55,625 nucleotides of DNA from Prorocentrum cordatum (lineage: Eukaryota), in assembly GCA_963575745.1 (NCBI GenBank), contig CAUYUJ010000146.1, positions 62,001-117,625 on the forward strand, read 5' to 3'. Within the stretch, counting starts at the first letter, position 1. Each line of letters opens with the position of its first letter. The notes beneath the pieces are model-generated. The model was not told the origin of the DNA and made no database searches. It saw only the letters and a program-made list of their open reading frames with translations. A program made the translations under genes and the position numbers. This document shows positions 32,616 to 44,916 of this stretch, piece by piece.

Positions 32616-33900
32616 TGGTGGGGGTACTTTTTGATCGCGACCGCGGCGAAAGAGGTCGGGCGGCGTCCAGGAGCGATGCGCACGGGCAACGGTCTAAATC
32701 CGCGCACAGGTAGGAGGAGGGGCGACAAGGAACAAGAACAAGCGGGGAGGGGAACAAACAGGAGGCGAGCCTCGCTGCCGCTCACAGGAGGGCGCACGCC
32801 AGAAGGATCTTCCGGGCGAAGTGCAGCACCAAAACGGTGAAATTCAAGTTGGCCGAGAGCACGTACACGCCGAGGGGACAGCCAGCAGGACGAACGGCGA
32901 GTCCAGAGCCGAGCTGTGGAACCACGGATGCGTGTGACAGCGGTGTCGTACGTCTCGGAGGAAATCGACCAACGCCATGCGGGCGCTCAGCGGAGCAAGT
33001 CCGGATCGCCAAACACCGTCGGGGCGGGTGTCAGGAGTGCCGCCGGAGCGGGTGCGATCAGCACGCGTCGCCAGGATGGCTAGAGGTCTCAGCCTGAGGA
33101 CCGACCGGGATGCGCCTGCGCGGTGGGGGAGGACCGGGAATCCGTCGACCCCGTGCGGGGAGGGATGCCGTGGGCCCAAGGTGCCGGGCCGGCAGACAGG
33201 CGAGAGGCAGCCGGGGGCAGGCGGACGACGCAAGAGACGGTCCGCGCTGGCGGCCATGGGGGAGAATGGGTGGCACCGGAACAGGGCGAGGGCCGCTGGG
33301 CAGGGCGCCGGGGAGGGCAGGCCGTGGCAGTGAGCCCAGATGCCCCGCCCGGGCCCCAGGGCCAGAAAGGGGTGGGGCCGAGGGGGCCCCGAGCGCCCCG
33401 CGCAGGGCGGCGCGCAGGGGGGGCCCAGCGCCGAGAAGCGCAGGGTCACAAGAGACCCAGTGGCAAGGGCGCACTGGGAGACCGGGCGTGCGCCGACAGC
33501 CCCAAGTGGGCGCGGCTGGTGGGATTTTTTCTTTTGATCGCGACCGCGGCGAAGAAAAGGTCGGGGGGCGTCACTTGCGGTGCAGACTAGCAACGGCCTG
33601 AAGGCTGATGGGGGTACTTTTTTGTTCGCGAGCGCGCAGGGGTGCCAGGCGCCGTCCAGAAACGCGGCTAACAAGCAACGGCCTAAATCCCGCACCAGAG
33701 CGCACAGGAGCGGGCTACGCTGATGCTCAGGAAAGGCGGTGGACCAGGAACAACTGGTCGAAGTGCAGCGCCAAAGTGGCGAAATTCATGAAGTCCACGT
33801 ACTCGAAGACCGCCGTGACGCAGCTGAAGAGAACGACGAACAACGACATGCAGGCGCTCAGCGGAGTAGGCTCCGGATCGCCAAGCGCCGACCAGCGCCG
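32616..33900. repeat. Diverged duplicated module
   Basis: GGGGTACTTTTT(GAT)CGCGA...GCAACGG(T/C)CTAAATCC at ~32621, 33530 and 33611; CGAAGTGCAGC...GGCGCTCAGCGGAG...CCGGATCGCCAA at ~32817-33012 and ~33759-33885. Confidence 0.7.
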
Positions 33901-35094
33901 ACCAGGGTTATGGCAGGGGCGTGGAAGCGGCGGACGCGCTACCACGGGCGGGGGGACAGGGAGAAGGCGGCGCCGAGGCGGCCCAGAGGCAGCAGAGCTG
34001 GTGAGGATACGCGAAGCGTCAACAATTTCTGCCTCTGTGGGCCCTCTTGGGAAGTCTCTTGGGGGCCTCCTGGGGCGTCTTGAAGGCGCTTTGGGCTGTC
34101 TGGAAGCAATCTTTGGCGTCTTGGATCGCTCTTGGACCGTCTCGGACCATGTTGAGCTCCCTTGGAGGCCACTTGAAGTATTCCTGGAGCGCTCTGGGGA
34201 GCTTGCTGGGACCTGCCCCGGACCCGCCCCCGGGACCTTGCCGGGACTTGCGGGGGTACTTTTCGTCCAGGGACCCCCAGGGGCTTCCCCGCGCGCGAAC
34301 TAGACAAATTGATAACCAGTTACCGGAGATCTTAGCACGCCCGTGGCCCGTTGGGCTGGCGAATTTCCCATCTTGGGATCCAATTCAACAAGTCCTGGTG
34401 GAAACGGGCCTTAGAACCCCAGGCTTTCCCAAGGACGCGTTCCATCTTGAACATCTGCTTGACAACCCCAGGGTTTGGGAAGGGCCCCCGGAACCTGAAA
34501 GCGGTGAAAAGCAATCTGAGCGAGGAAAAGCAACGGGTCTCACGCGAGACGGCATAGCGACCTTACGCCGTGGCTTACGCGGGCCGCCAGCGCGGCACGC
34601 AACATTGGAATCGAGGGCGCTTACGCGCGACTTTACGCGAGCAACTCGCGCACTAACGTCGGCGAAGACGGTTCCTGTCCCTCTTTCTGTTCCTCCATGG
34701 CCGCTCCTGGCCGAGAGGCGCCAGATCGGCCCCCTGGACCCGTTCCGGGCCGCGCTCCGGCCAGCATGTACCGCGGCGGACCCGGCCGCCGCGACGAGAT
34801 GCCTCCCGCATGGGGCCCGCGCAGGAGGAGGAGGAGGAGGAGGAGGCGGAGGCGGAGGAGGAGGAGGAGGAGGAGGAGGCGACGCCGGCGCGGAGAACAT
34901 CGGGCTCCACGTTGAGCCGCAGCGGCGATGCGTCGGCGATGGCGGCGCGGCCCTGCGATAAAACAGGGCCATCATCGGGATAAATCGCTGCAGAGCGTTC
35001 CGCATCGCTCTCGGAGCGTTCCGGAACGCCCTGGAGCGGCCGCGGCGCCCAATACATCCTCCAAACCCGCCGATTCTCAGAGATTCCGAGTTCG

Positions 35095-35138
35095 TTGTCC
35101 CGATCCGATTTTGTCCCGATCCGATTTTGTCCCGATCT
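35095..35138. repeat. 16-bp tandem repeat, ~2.7 copies (TTGTCCCGATCCGATT)
   Basis: Read directly. Confidence 0.85.
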
Positions 35139-35684
35139 TCGCGTCGTTTTACGTCTGCGCGGGCCTCGTCGTCCGGGAGGCCCGGGGGGGTCGAGCCGCC
35201 TCCCCGCCGTGCCAGTGCCGAGGCCTCCCGGGGCCCCCTTGCGGGGTCGGGGGCTCTCGCGCGGCGGGCTCCCCGAGGTGCGCGCCGTGGATGCCTGCTC
35301 GCGCTCCCTTCGAACTGTGCCTGTTTCCATTATTCCCTGGCCCCCCCAGTGGCCAGGAAAACGCCCAGGATAGAACAATTGGGCATGAGAATGGGGTAGA
35401 TAATTAGAACGATGGGGTAGATAATGAGCATGGTGCGGCGGCGGTGCGGCGCGGCCCTGCGACCTCGTCTGCGCGGGCCTCGTCGTCTGGGAGGCCCGAG
35501 GTGCGCGTCGTGCATGTCTGCTCGTGCTCCTTTCTGAATTTGAGTCGGGCCTGTCCCCCATACAGGGGGATTTTCGACGACAAATAAAAGAAATACCCCT
35601 AAAAATGCTAATGTTTAAAAAGGTTCAAACATAATAGGGGGACTATGTTGTGAGTATCCCACTTAGACTTTCGAGTAATTTGGG

Positions 35685-35895
35685 TGTCCCAAAACCATGT
35701 GGTGACAGACCCGGCGGCGACCTCGAAATCCGCAAAGACCTCACCGCATGGTCCGTCACCACACGGTTTTGGGACCCTGGAGGCCCCAACCGCCCGAAAC
35801 GTCCTCGGAAAACGACCCGAGTCCCAGAACCGTGCGGTGACCCCGAACCCCCACCGACTCACCACACGGTGTGGTCACCACCCCGTTTGGGGGCC
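35685..35895. repeat. Dispersed repeat with internal inverted GTGGTGAC/GTCACCAC motifs
   Basis: Related copy at ~47555-47715 (CCTCGGAAAAC...GAGTCCC...GGTGAC...GACTCACC...GTCACCACC.CGTTTGGGG). Confidence 0.7.
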
Positions 35896-36810
35896 CCCGA
35901 ATAATTAGAAATGAGCCATGGGTACAGCTGGTGTTCTCAAAATTCAACAATTCGTTTGGGCTCTAGTATTTTTTCTGACCATATTCGATCTTATTCCCGC
36001 TCGCCATCTTAATCTCAGCTCGATCGGGTGAATATTTCTGCAAAAAAGCATCGCCGCGCGGACGGCCCACGGGAGCAGCGCCGGTATGGCGCCGGGAAGC
36101 AAGCGCTGCACGAGGGCGCACGGCCGATGGGCCTGGGCTGCTGCTCGCGGCAGGTTCTGTGCTCGGGGAAGGCTCCACTGCATCTCGGCTCCAGGCAGGC
36201 TCCCTCCTCCCTGCTCTCCTCCTCCTCCTCCTCCTCCTCCTCCTCCTCCTCCTCCTCCTCCTCCCTCTCCTTCTTCTTCTTCTCCTCCTCCTCCTCCTCC
36301 TCCTCCTTCCCCTTCTCCCCTTCCTCATCCTTCTCCTCCTCCTCCTCCTCCTCCTCCGCCTTTATTAGCGTCCAACCGACGCGTTTAAACATCAAAAGGA
36401 AGCTCCCGCCTGAGAGGTCTCAAACAAAAATCAAAATCAGGCTGTGCAATGGCTATGAGCCGAGCCTGCAGGTTGGAGGCGCCTTGCTTCGGCTTCGGCT
36501 TCAGCTGCGATGCACTTGCGCCGGGCCGTCGGTCCAGCTCACCCGAGCAGGTTTTCCGCTCGCACGGATGTCTCCTTCGCTTGTCGCGTCTGTGTCGTGT
36601 CGTCTTGCTCTCCCCGTCGGTGTGGTCTCCCACCCTTGCTGCTGCTGTTGATGCTGACCTCCTGGCGTGTTGGCCTCGTTACCTTCCTTTATAATTAACT
36701 CCTCCCTCTCTCACACCGAGGCCAGTCGGAAGGGCGGGCCAGGCATTTCGCCTGAGATTCCCTTACCGTTTCTGACCCTGCAACTTTTCAACTGGCAACA
36801 GTTTCAAATA

Positions 36811-37226
36811 TTGAGGGTGGGCCGCCTTCAAACTGTGGTTCTCGCCTTAGCGCCGCGCACATGCTATTCAACAAGTTGCACGAGCTTCGCATGTTGAGGG
36901 CGGGCAATGTTCAAACTGTGGCTCTCGCCGTAGCGCCGCGCACTCTCGTCTTAAACATTTGCAGGCATGTCACACGTTGAGTGTGGGCCAATTTCGGAGT
37001 GTGGCTCTCGCCTTGGCACCTCGCACATTCGTCTTAAACATTTGCAAGGGAGTCGCGGATTGAGGGCGGGTCATTCTCGAAATGTGGCCCTCGCCCTAGC
37101 GCCGCGACCACTCGTCTTAAGACATTGCGCGAGCTTCACGGATTGAGGGCGCTTCCTTTTCAAAATGTGGCTCTCGCCTTAGCGCCGCGCCACACTCGTT
37201 GTAAACATGTGCAAGAGTTTCACGGG
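36811..37226. repeat. 83-bp tandem satellite, 5 copies
   Basis: TTGAGGG...TGTGGCTCTCGCCTTAGCGCCGCG at 36811, 36894, 36977, 37060 and 37143. Confidence 0.9.
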
Positions 37227-37379
37227 TTCCCATGGTCAACGTACAAAAAATGGTTTTCGACTGCGATTCAGGGCTGCCAGGGCGCAGCAGTTACGTTGTT
37301 TCGTACTGTTGCAGTCCCACGAATAACTAGTCGCCTGGCACGACTTGGGGTCGACAAGACGTAACATGTTGATTCGTCG

Positions 37380-37541
37380 CGCTGATGATGATGGTGATGA
37401 TGGATGATGATGATTGATGGTGATGCTGATTGTGATTGTTCTGATGCTGACAACTCCGATGCTGTTTATATGATGATGCAGCCACTAAAGGTGATGATGA
37501 CGCTTCCGATGACGATGATGACAAATTATGATGATGATGCC

Positions 37542-37596
<55 letters not shown>

Positions 37597-37830
37597 ATTG
37601 TTTTGATGATAGTGGTGATCCCGATGTTGATTATGATGATGCTGCAATGCTGCGAAGGGTGATGAGGAATCTGAAAACGGTGATTATGATGCGGATGCTG
37701 ATGATGATTCCGGTGACGACGACGATGATGATGCTGCAAATGATGATGCTGATGCTGGTTATGTTGATGATGTTGCCGATGTTGATGTTGATGTTGATAA
37801 TGGCCTTGATGTTGATGATGATGGTGATGC
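37380..37830. repeat. (GAT)n degenerate microsatellite
   Basis: Read directly; a similar tract lies at 43770-44040. Confidence 0.95.
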
Positions 37831-38208
37831 ATTCCCATTCCCAAAGAGGAGGAGGAGGAGGAGGAGGAGGAGGAGGAGGAGGAGGAGGAGGAGGAGGAGG
37901 AAGAGGCCGGAATAGGAGGAAGACGAGGACAGGAGGCGGTCCTCCCGACTTGACGGCCGGCCGCAACGGCCACCCTTCCCAGGGCGGATCCGGGCACCAC
38001 CACAACACGCCGTCGTCCTGGTACCTGGGAGCGGGCACAATCCGTCGAGGAAGGAGGGAGGGTAACGGGGGAACCAGGAGGAAATACTGTTTTCTGGGGA
38101 TTCAGTGGCATCGCGGCTGCCGCTGCTGCTGCTGCTGTTCCTTCCACTCCTTCCCCCCTGTTTCTCATCTCGTCCTTCTCACTCTTCTTCTGCTCCTCCT
38201 CAGCTCTT

Positions 38209-38247
<39 letters not shown>

Positions 38248-38637
38248 ACTTTATTATTTTTTTTTTTCTCTCTCTCTCTCTCTTTCTTTTCTCTCTCGCT
38301 CTCTCTCTGTTCTGTTCTGTTCAGCTGATATGATGACCCCATTGAGGGGAGCAGCTCCGCACGCCACTCGAATGACTACACAATGCTCTGCACAGCGATC
38401 GAAAAAATGTAACCAAGGCGCTCAGTGCAATGTGTGTGACAGCAACAGCAGCGGCAGGAAGAGGAAGCAGACGGGGAAGAGAGAGCAGAGAAAGAGGACT
38501 ACAGAAACGAGCAAGAGAGCAGAAAGGAGGAGGCAAGAGAGCGAGCGAAAGAGAAGGCAGCACAGCAAACGGACAAGAACAGGGCGGCGCGGGGGCAGGA
38601 GCAAAACAAGGGGAGGGAGAGACAAGGACCAGAACAT

Positions 38638-41600
38638 TCAAGCATCAACGAAAGCCTCTTCAGAGCTTCGCCAGCCGGCTCTGTCTTGAGCGAACGCCGT
38701 CCATCCAACATTGCGGAATGGGTCCTCGCATTCGGACCCTCCGTAAACAATTGTTAATTGCGACTCCCAACGCCAGGCCTTGAACCTGGCCGGGTGGACC
38801 CCGCAATGCTTGCTGTGATGCCGTGCCTGCCGGTGCCTCCACCAGGCCAGACACCCCTTTCGGAGAGCGACGCGGCAGATGCCACTCATGCGTGCGAAGT
38901 GTCCTGCGAATCTGTGCGCTCGCAACCGCCTCATCCGGCTTGTTGGGCCGCCGCGCTCTTCCAGGAGTCGTTGACCACGACGATGCATTCGCCTCCAGTA
39001 GGAATCGATATCCTCGTCTGGTGCCCGGCGGACATTAGCCGCAGCAGCTGACGTGCGCTTTGCGCATGAATCAAAGGTTCACGTCTGGGCTTTGGTAGGA
39101 TACCAAGTCTCTGCTAGCCATAGCAGGGACGACGTCCGAACAGGAGCAGCAAGAGCGGACCGCCGTCGTAACGACGCACGTGGGCATTGCAATATCTTCT
39201 TTCACCGGTGGAACACCTTGTTCGCCTGCGCCATGCGGTATTCCATTGCGACCCCAGCGCCGCTGGACAAGTCGACGACGTTGCCAGCGAAAACAATTGC
39301 GGCGACCACGCCACCTGTTCTCCCCGCCAGCGTAAAGTCAGCAGCGGCGCCCGTGGCCACGAGCTCCACTGCGTCTCCCCCGCGCCAATCTCAAGGCCGA
39401 CCGCGGCAAAGGCTTCGATGATATCCCCCAACATGGGTTGAACCTCTCGGAGCGACGAGCCCGCGAGCAGAATGTCATCCGAAAAGGCCACCGCCGCGAG
39501 CCAGAAATCATCGACGACCCAGCCTTTCCCGTTTTCTCTCCACTTCCTCAGTAAACGGGCTGAGGACCATCTCTGTCACAAGTACGAACAGCAGAGGCGA
39601 CTCCGGAGCGCCTGGCGGGAGGCTCCTGTCCAGGCGCGCGGCCAGCCCGGCCGCGCGGCCCAGGGCGTAGGAGATCTCTGTTTTCAACGGCATCGTGCTC
39701 AGGACCGCCAGGCACTGAAGCGAGGTGCCCTTTAACTTCAGAGCTCGAAGAACAGCGGAATGCAATGCTTTATCGAAAGCCTTCTTCAGGTCCAGCTGCG
39801 CCGCGTGTAAGCTCTTCCCCCGTTCCTGGCACAAGTCGGCTGCGCGCTGAAGAGCACATGCGCCTCGCGGGGCATGGCTCCCAGGCGCAAAGCCCGTCTG
39901 GAAATGTTCGAATTTCAAAAGTGGTAACATGTGTATCCGCAGATGCCCGGCCAATTTCCGCGCAGTGGACAAGCGTGAAATCCCGCGGGAACTATTCAGT
40001 GATGCCGCGTTGCAGATCTTGGGGGTCAGCGCGGCCACCAGGTGCATCCACGCCACATGGAAACATAATGATGCGAAGACGCTCAAGAAGAACGCGGCTA
40101 CAGACACGATTGCCTGCGGGGGCAATATCTTGCACATCTCTGCCGCGCATCCGTCGGGGCTGGATTTGCCCGGCTTCAACTTCCCAATAGCGTTGCGTAG
40201 CCGTGCCTCGGAGCCCCGCCGGGGCGCCGCGTCTATCCGAAGATCCCTCCAAGTATTCGCATCTGTTTTTCAAGATGCTCTGATGTCTTGTCCGCGTCGC
40301 TCATGTACTGGATGGTGTTGCAATGGTCGTGCAAGGCCGGGGCCGGGTCTGAAGCGCCGAACAATTTGCTCCAGTTCACTGTCGCGTTCCTCTGGGGGCC
40401 CCGCGGCAAACGGCCTGGGCGGGCTGCCTCCTCTATAGATATCTTGGCGCGTTCGCGCCGCTGGCGCCGGCGGCGTCGGCAGATTTGCCCGTTCAGTAAC
40501 CGTTCCTCAACGGCTGGCGCTGCGGAGTGTCTGCCGAACAATTCTTGCAGATGCTCGCCCTTGTGGCAGCGCCGCCGCCGGCCATGGTCGTGTGCGAAAT
40601 CTCTCCATTCGTTTGCAAAGCTATCCCAGTCCTGCCACTGCCAGTTGAAAGTACCCAGTGCTTCAGTCCACGTTTCCCCGGGAGCCCATCCTCGGTTAGT
40701 TGGCGCAGACGTGCTCTTGAAGGGTTCGCGGTCCACTCGGAGCTCCGCAAACGCCATCTTGTGATCTGTGGGGAAATCCATGCACTGATCCACGCGCGCG
40801 TCGTCACAACAGACCCCCGTCGATACAACGATAACATCGATTTGAGTATGTCTTTGTTCCGGGAGACCTTTAACAATCCATGTCGCGCGGGTTGCGAGGT
40901 GCATGCCGGAATCGTTGGAGAACGCACTGGAGAGGTACAGGCCGTGCTCGGAGAGAAATTGATGGAGCAGCCCTGCTCGCTCGAGGTCCTGGGCGCGCGG
41001 TGCCCTCTCAGACGTAAGGACCCCATCGCCCGCGTGGCAAATGTCCACAATTTGATGCATGCAAGTGTTCGCGTCCATGCCGACTATGATCTTATTGCCC
41101 CTGAGTTGCTGGATGAGGTCCGTGATTTCCGCCGACGTGTCCGCGAAAACTTGGGCGGGCAACGAGCGAGAGCAATGCGGCAACTGCGCCGACATGATCA
41201 AGCACTGCGTTCCGAAGTGCGCTGCGACCCACCGCTGTCCATCCCCAACGAATTTGATACCATCAACTTTGTTGCGCCACATCTCGTTGATGATAACCGC
41301 CGGCCGCTTCAAATTCCCACGCCGTGGACCAGCAGCAACAAACGTAAGATGGTGAGCGTCCTGCTTGATGTCATCAACATGTGGGGAACCTTCTTGCAAC
41401 CAAATTATGTCCCATGGGTAGTGGTCAGATACCTGTTCAAAAGAAGTGTCCAAATCCTCCTCCCGGTCCCCCCGCCACGTTCCACGTGCTGACGTGCAGC
41501 GTGCCACCAGCCCCTCGATGTGCTCGCAAATTCCCTGGATCACCCTCCCAAGGTAGTCACTGGCGGCGCGTGGGTTAAGATTCTGCTTGTGTCTTGTCAA

Positions 41601-42342
41601 TGACAAGCCCTGAGTTTTGGATGACACCGTCGTCCCAGACGAACTCCTCCTCCTCCTCCTCCATATCCCACTTCACCACCTCCCAATCCTCAACCCAGAC
41701 ACTTCCCCTCTTAAAGTCAGCATCTCCCTGCTCGTCGGGAAAACTGCTCTGGAAGTACGAGGCCATGGAGAACGCCATCGAATTGGACTTACGCTGCTCT
41801 GGAGGCTTCTCCACCTTGGCGCGGATGGCGGCACCGTTGAACTTGATGTCCTTGCTCTTCCAAAGTGCGATGAAGTCGAAGACGGCCTGCTTCGAAGGAG
41901 CCCTGACCATAGCCACGGTGGAGCGCGCGTTGGGTGCAAGCGCCTGCAGGTTCTTCCAGCTCTCTCTCCTCCTTGGCGAGCTCCGTCTTCAAGAAATCCT
42001 CTATGTCTTCCGTGAGTTCGTGGGGAAACCGGCGAGAATCACCTCAGGCCTCGTCTCGTGAGCGCCAGCGGCAGGCCGGCGAGGTTTAGAACGTGCACGC
42101 TTTGCTGCATTACCCTGGTGTCTAACATCATTCTGGGCGTGTCCGATGCCCTCCCAAGCGTCCGCGCGCGCCTGCAAGGCTTCGAGCTTGCGGGTCAAGT
42201 CATCCTTGTGTTTCTTCAGCCTATTGTCGATCCTCTCCTCGATCAGCTATCCGACCTGGTCCATGATGTCCTTGTTTAGCTCCTCCTTCAATGATTTGTT
42301 GCACTTCGTCATGATTTGGCGGGTCTCGGATGCGGAAGCCAT
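38638..42342 (-). mobile_element. Degenerate full-length LINE (ORF1 plus APE endonuclease-RT, RTE-like C-terminus)
   Basis: ORF1 41575-42342 is a coiled coil then EVILAGF...IRAKVEKPPEQR. Endonuclease motifs DIIWLQE, IIVGMDAN, QIDVI, TDH. RT motifs KSSPDG, QTGF, DLKKAFD, GAPESPLLF, AFSDD. C-terminal W-x3-AQDR-x2-W. Multiple frameshifts and stops. Confidence 0.9.
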
Positions 42343-44607
42343 TGTGGGCAAACCTGGGCGCGGTAAATGGGCAAGCCTGCGGGCGCGCACGCGCGTACGG
42401 GCATGCTAAAGCTAAAGCTTACGCTTGACCCTTACCCTTACTCTGTGCTCTCTCTTGCTCTCTCTCTCTCTCTCTTGCTCTCTTGCTCTCTCTCTCTCTC
42501 TCTCCACGTCTCTCTCTCTCTCTCTCTTTGTCTTCCTCTCTCTCTCTCTCTTTCACTCTCGCGTTCCCTCTCTCCCTCCCTCCCTCTCGTCCTCCGCTTC
42601 TTCTTCCTTTTCTTCTTTCTTGTTATTCGAATTCTTAGCACTACTAGTATTATTGTTCTAATTATTATGATTGTTATTATTCGTGCGCGCGTGCTCTTGA
42701 CGCGCCGCCCGGCCGAGGCGAGGGATGGGAGGCGGCCGGGGAGAAGGGAGGAGGGATGAGAGGAGAGGAGACGACAGACGCGCGGAGCAGGCGGAGCAGG
42801 AGAAGGAGGAGGAGGAGGACGAGGAGGAGGGAGGAGGAACGGGAGGAGGAGGAGGAGGGAGGAGGAACGGGTGAGAAGGAGGAGGAGGAAGAGGAGGGAA
42901 AGGAGGAGGATGAGGGAGGAGGAAGAGAAGGAAGGAGGAGGAGGAGGAGAAGGAGAAGGGAGGAGGACGAGGACGGGGATGGGGATGAGGAGGGAGACGG
43001 AGGATGAGGAGGAGGAGGAGGAGGAAGGAAGAGGAGGAGGAGGAGGAGGGAGGAGGAGGAGGAGACGAGGATGAGGAGGAGGAGGGAGGAGGGAGGAGGA
43101 GGACGAGGATGAGGAGGAGGAGGGAGCAGAAGGAGGAGGGAGGAGGGAGGAGGAGGGAGGAGGAAGGAGAAGGAGGAGGAGGAGGAAGGAGGGGAGGAGT
43201 AGGGAGGAGGAGGAGGAGGAGGGATGAGGCGGGAGGAGGGAGGAGAGGAGAAAGGGGGTGGCGTGGCCGCTTGGTGTGAGGCCCCCCCCTCTCGTGAGGT
43301 GCTCCCGCCCTATACAGGAAGGGGGATCTCTCTCTCCTTCTCTCTCTCTCTCTTTCTCTGTCTCCCTCTCTCTCTCTCTCTCGCTGTCTCTCTCTCCCTC
43401 TGTCTCTCTCCCTCCCTCTCTGTTCCTACCTCTTTTTTTGTTTCTCTCTCTCTCTCTCTCTTTCTCCCTCCCTCCCTCCCTCCCTCCCTCTCGCTCCCTC
43501 TCTCCCTCTCTGAGGAAGGAGGCGAACGGGCAGGCGAAGTGGAAGCCAGAACAGTTGAGGGCGGATGAGGGGAGAGGGAGAAAGGGAGGTAGGACGGCAA
43601 GGAGGGAGGGAGGGATGATGCGGAGGAATAGGATTGTCGTCGGCACGACCATCACAACCACAACACCAAATCTCCACCAATACGAGACCACAAACACGGA
43701 ACACCACATCAAATCCACGGGAAATTCAGTTTCCACACGCACACACGTACACCACGTGATCGTCGTGAGGATGATGAGGATGAGGATGAGGATAAGGATG
43801 AGGATAAGGATGAGGATGAAGATGAGGACAAGGATGATGATGTTGATGATGCTGCTGATGATGATGAGGATGCTGATGATGATGATGATGATGATGAGGA
43901 GGATGCTGCTGATGATGATGATGACGAGGAGGAGGAATCTGATGATGCTGATGATGACGATGATGATGCGGATGTCGATGATGATGCTGATGATGCTGAT
44001 GAGGATACTGATAGTGATTATGATTACGATGATGATGAGGAGAGGGAAGAGAACGGCTTTGGATCCCTTCCCTGGGACCAGCGCGTCGTCCTGAGTGTTT
44101 TGTTTGCCGTCCCGAGGCCCAGTGAGGGCCAACATTGACAAACAAAAACTGCGTTCTGCCTTTTCCCCCACTCGAAGGGGTCTGCGGACGCTCCTCGGAC
44201 TTCAAGCCCTGCTGGCCGGGTTCCGGCGAGGGGCTGGGCCATCAGGGGAGGAGGAACAGGAGGAAGGGGCGACGGTTGCATGGCCCGCGCCCATACAGGA
44301 GCGGCCAACACCGCATCGGTAAGTCGACTCGGATCGGAGCAGGCATCGCATGCGGCCCCATCAGCACGGAGTCGGAACCGAAGCGGATCGGCCGCGCCAG
44401 GATGCACAACAGCGCGATGCAAACTCAGGGTCGCATCGGACCGTCGGGGGCTCGGAATCGAAGCGGACCAAGCCAACCGAAACCGACGTCGCATCGGATC
44501 GATGAGATCGAAACGGGCCCTGTCTGACGGTCGGGAACTTTTGATCAGCGTGTCGCGGCGGCGGCCCTGGCGACGCGCTGTGCCTTGCAAGCCGGGTTTT
44601 CTCTGAC

Positions 44608-44785
44608 TTACCTACCAGACCACCCCAACCCAACCCGAGGACCCGAATCTGACCTGAGTTTCGGGTTGGGGGGGGGTACGGGTTCCATGTCTTTTTCAAC
44701 GCTCCTCGACCCCCCCCCCCCTCACTGGAAGTGGAGGGCAAATTGAGGCCTTCGGGTTGGGTTGGGGTGGTTTGGTGGGTAGTGA
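44608..44785. mobile_element. TIR element, second copy of the 19674-19835 family
   Basis: TACCTACCAGACCACCCCAACCCAACCCGA...TCGGGTTGGGTTGGGGTGGTTTGGTGGGTA. Confidence 0.85.
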
Positions 44786-44916
44786 TTATCTGCTCCGCTG
44801 GGCGAGGAGGAGGAGGAGGAGGAGGAGCTCTTTCGAGCTCTTTCGAGCCGCCACGTCGTGGCAACCCGCGCGGCGCTGTCGGCGCGCGCGCGCGGGGGCG
44901 CCGCTCTCGGCGCCTC

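Noticed and set aside
42438..44171. 577-aa minus-strand ORF and similar ORFs over GGA, GAT, GGC and CAC tracts
   Set aside because: Translations of microsatellites
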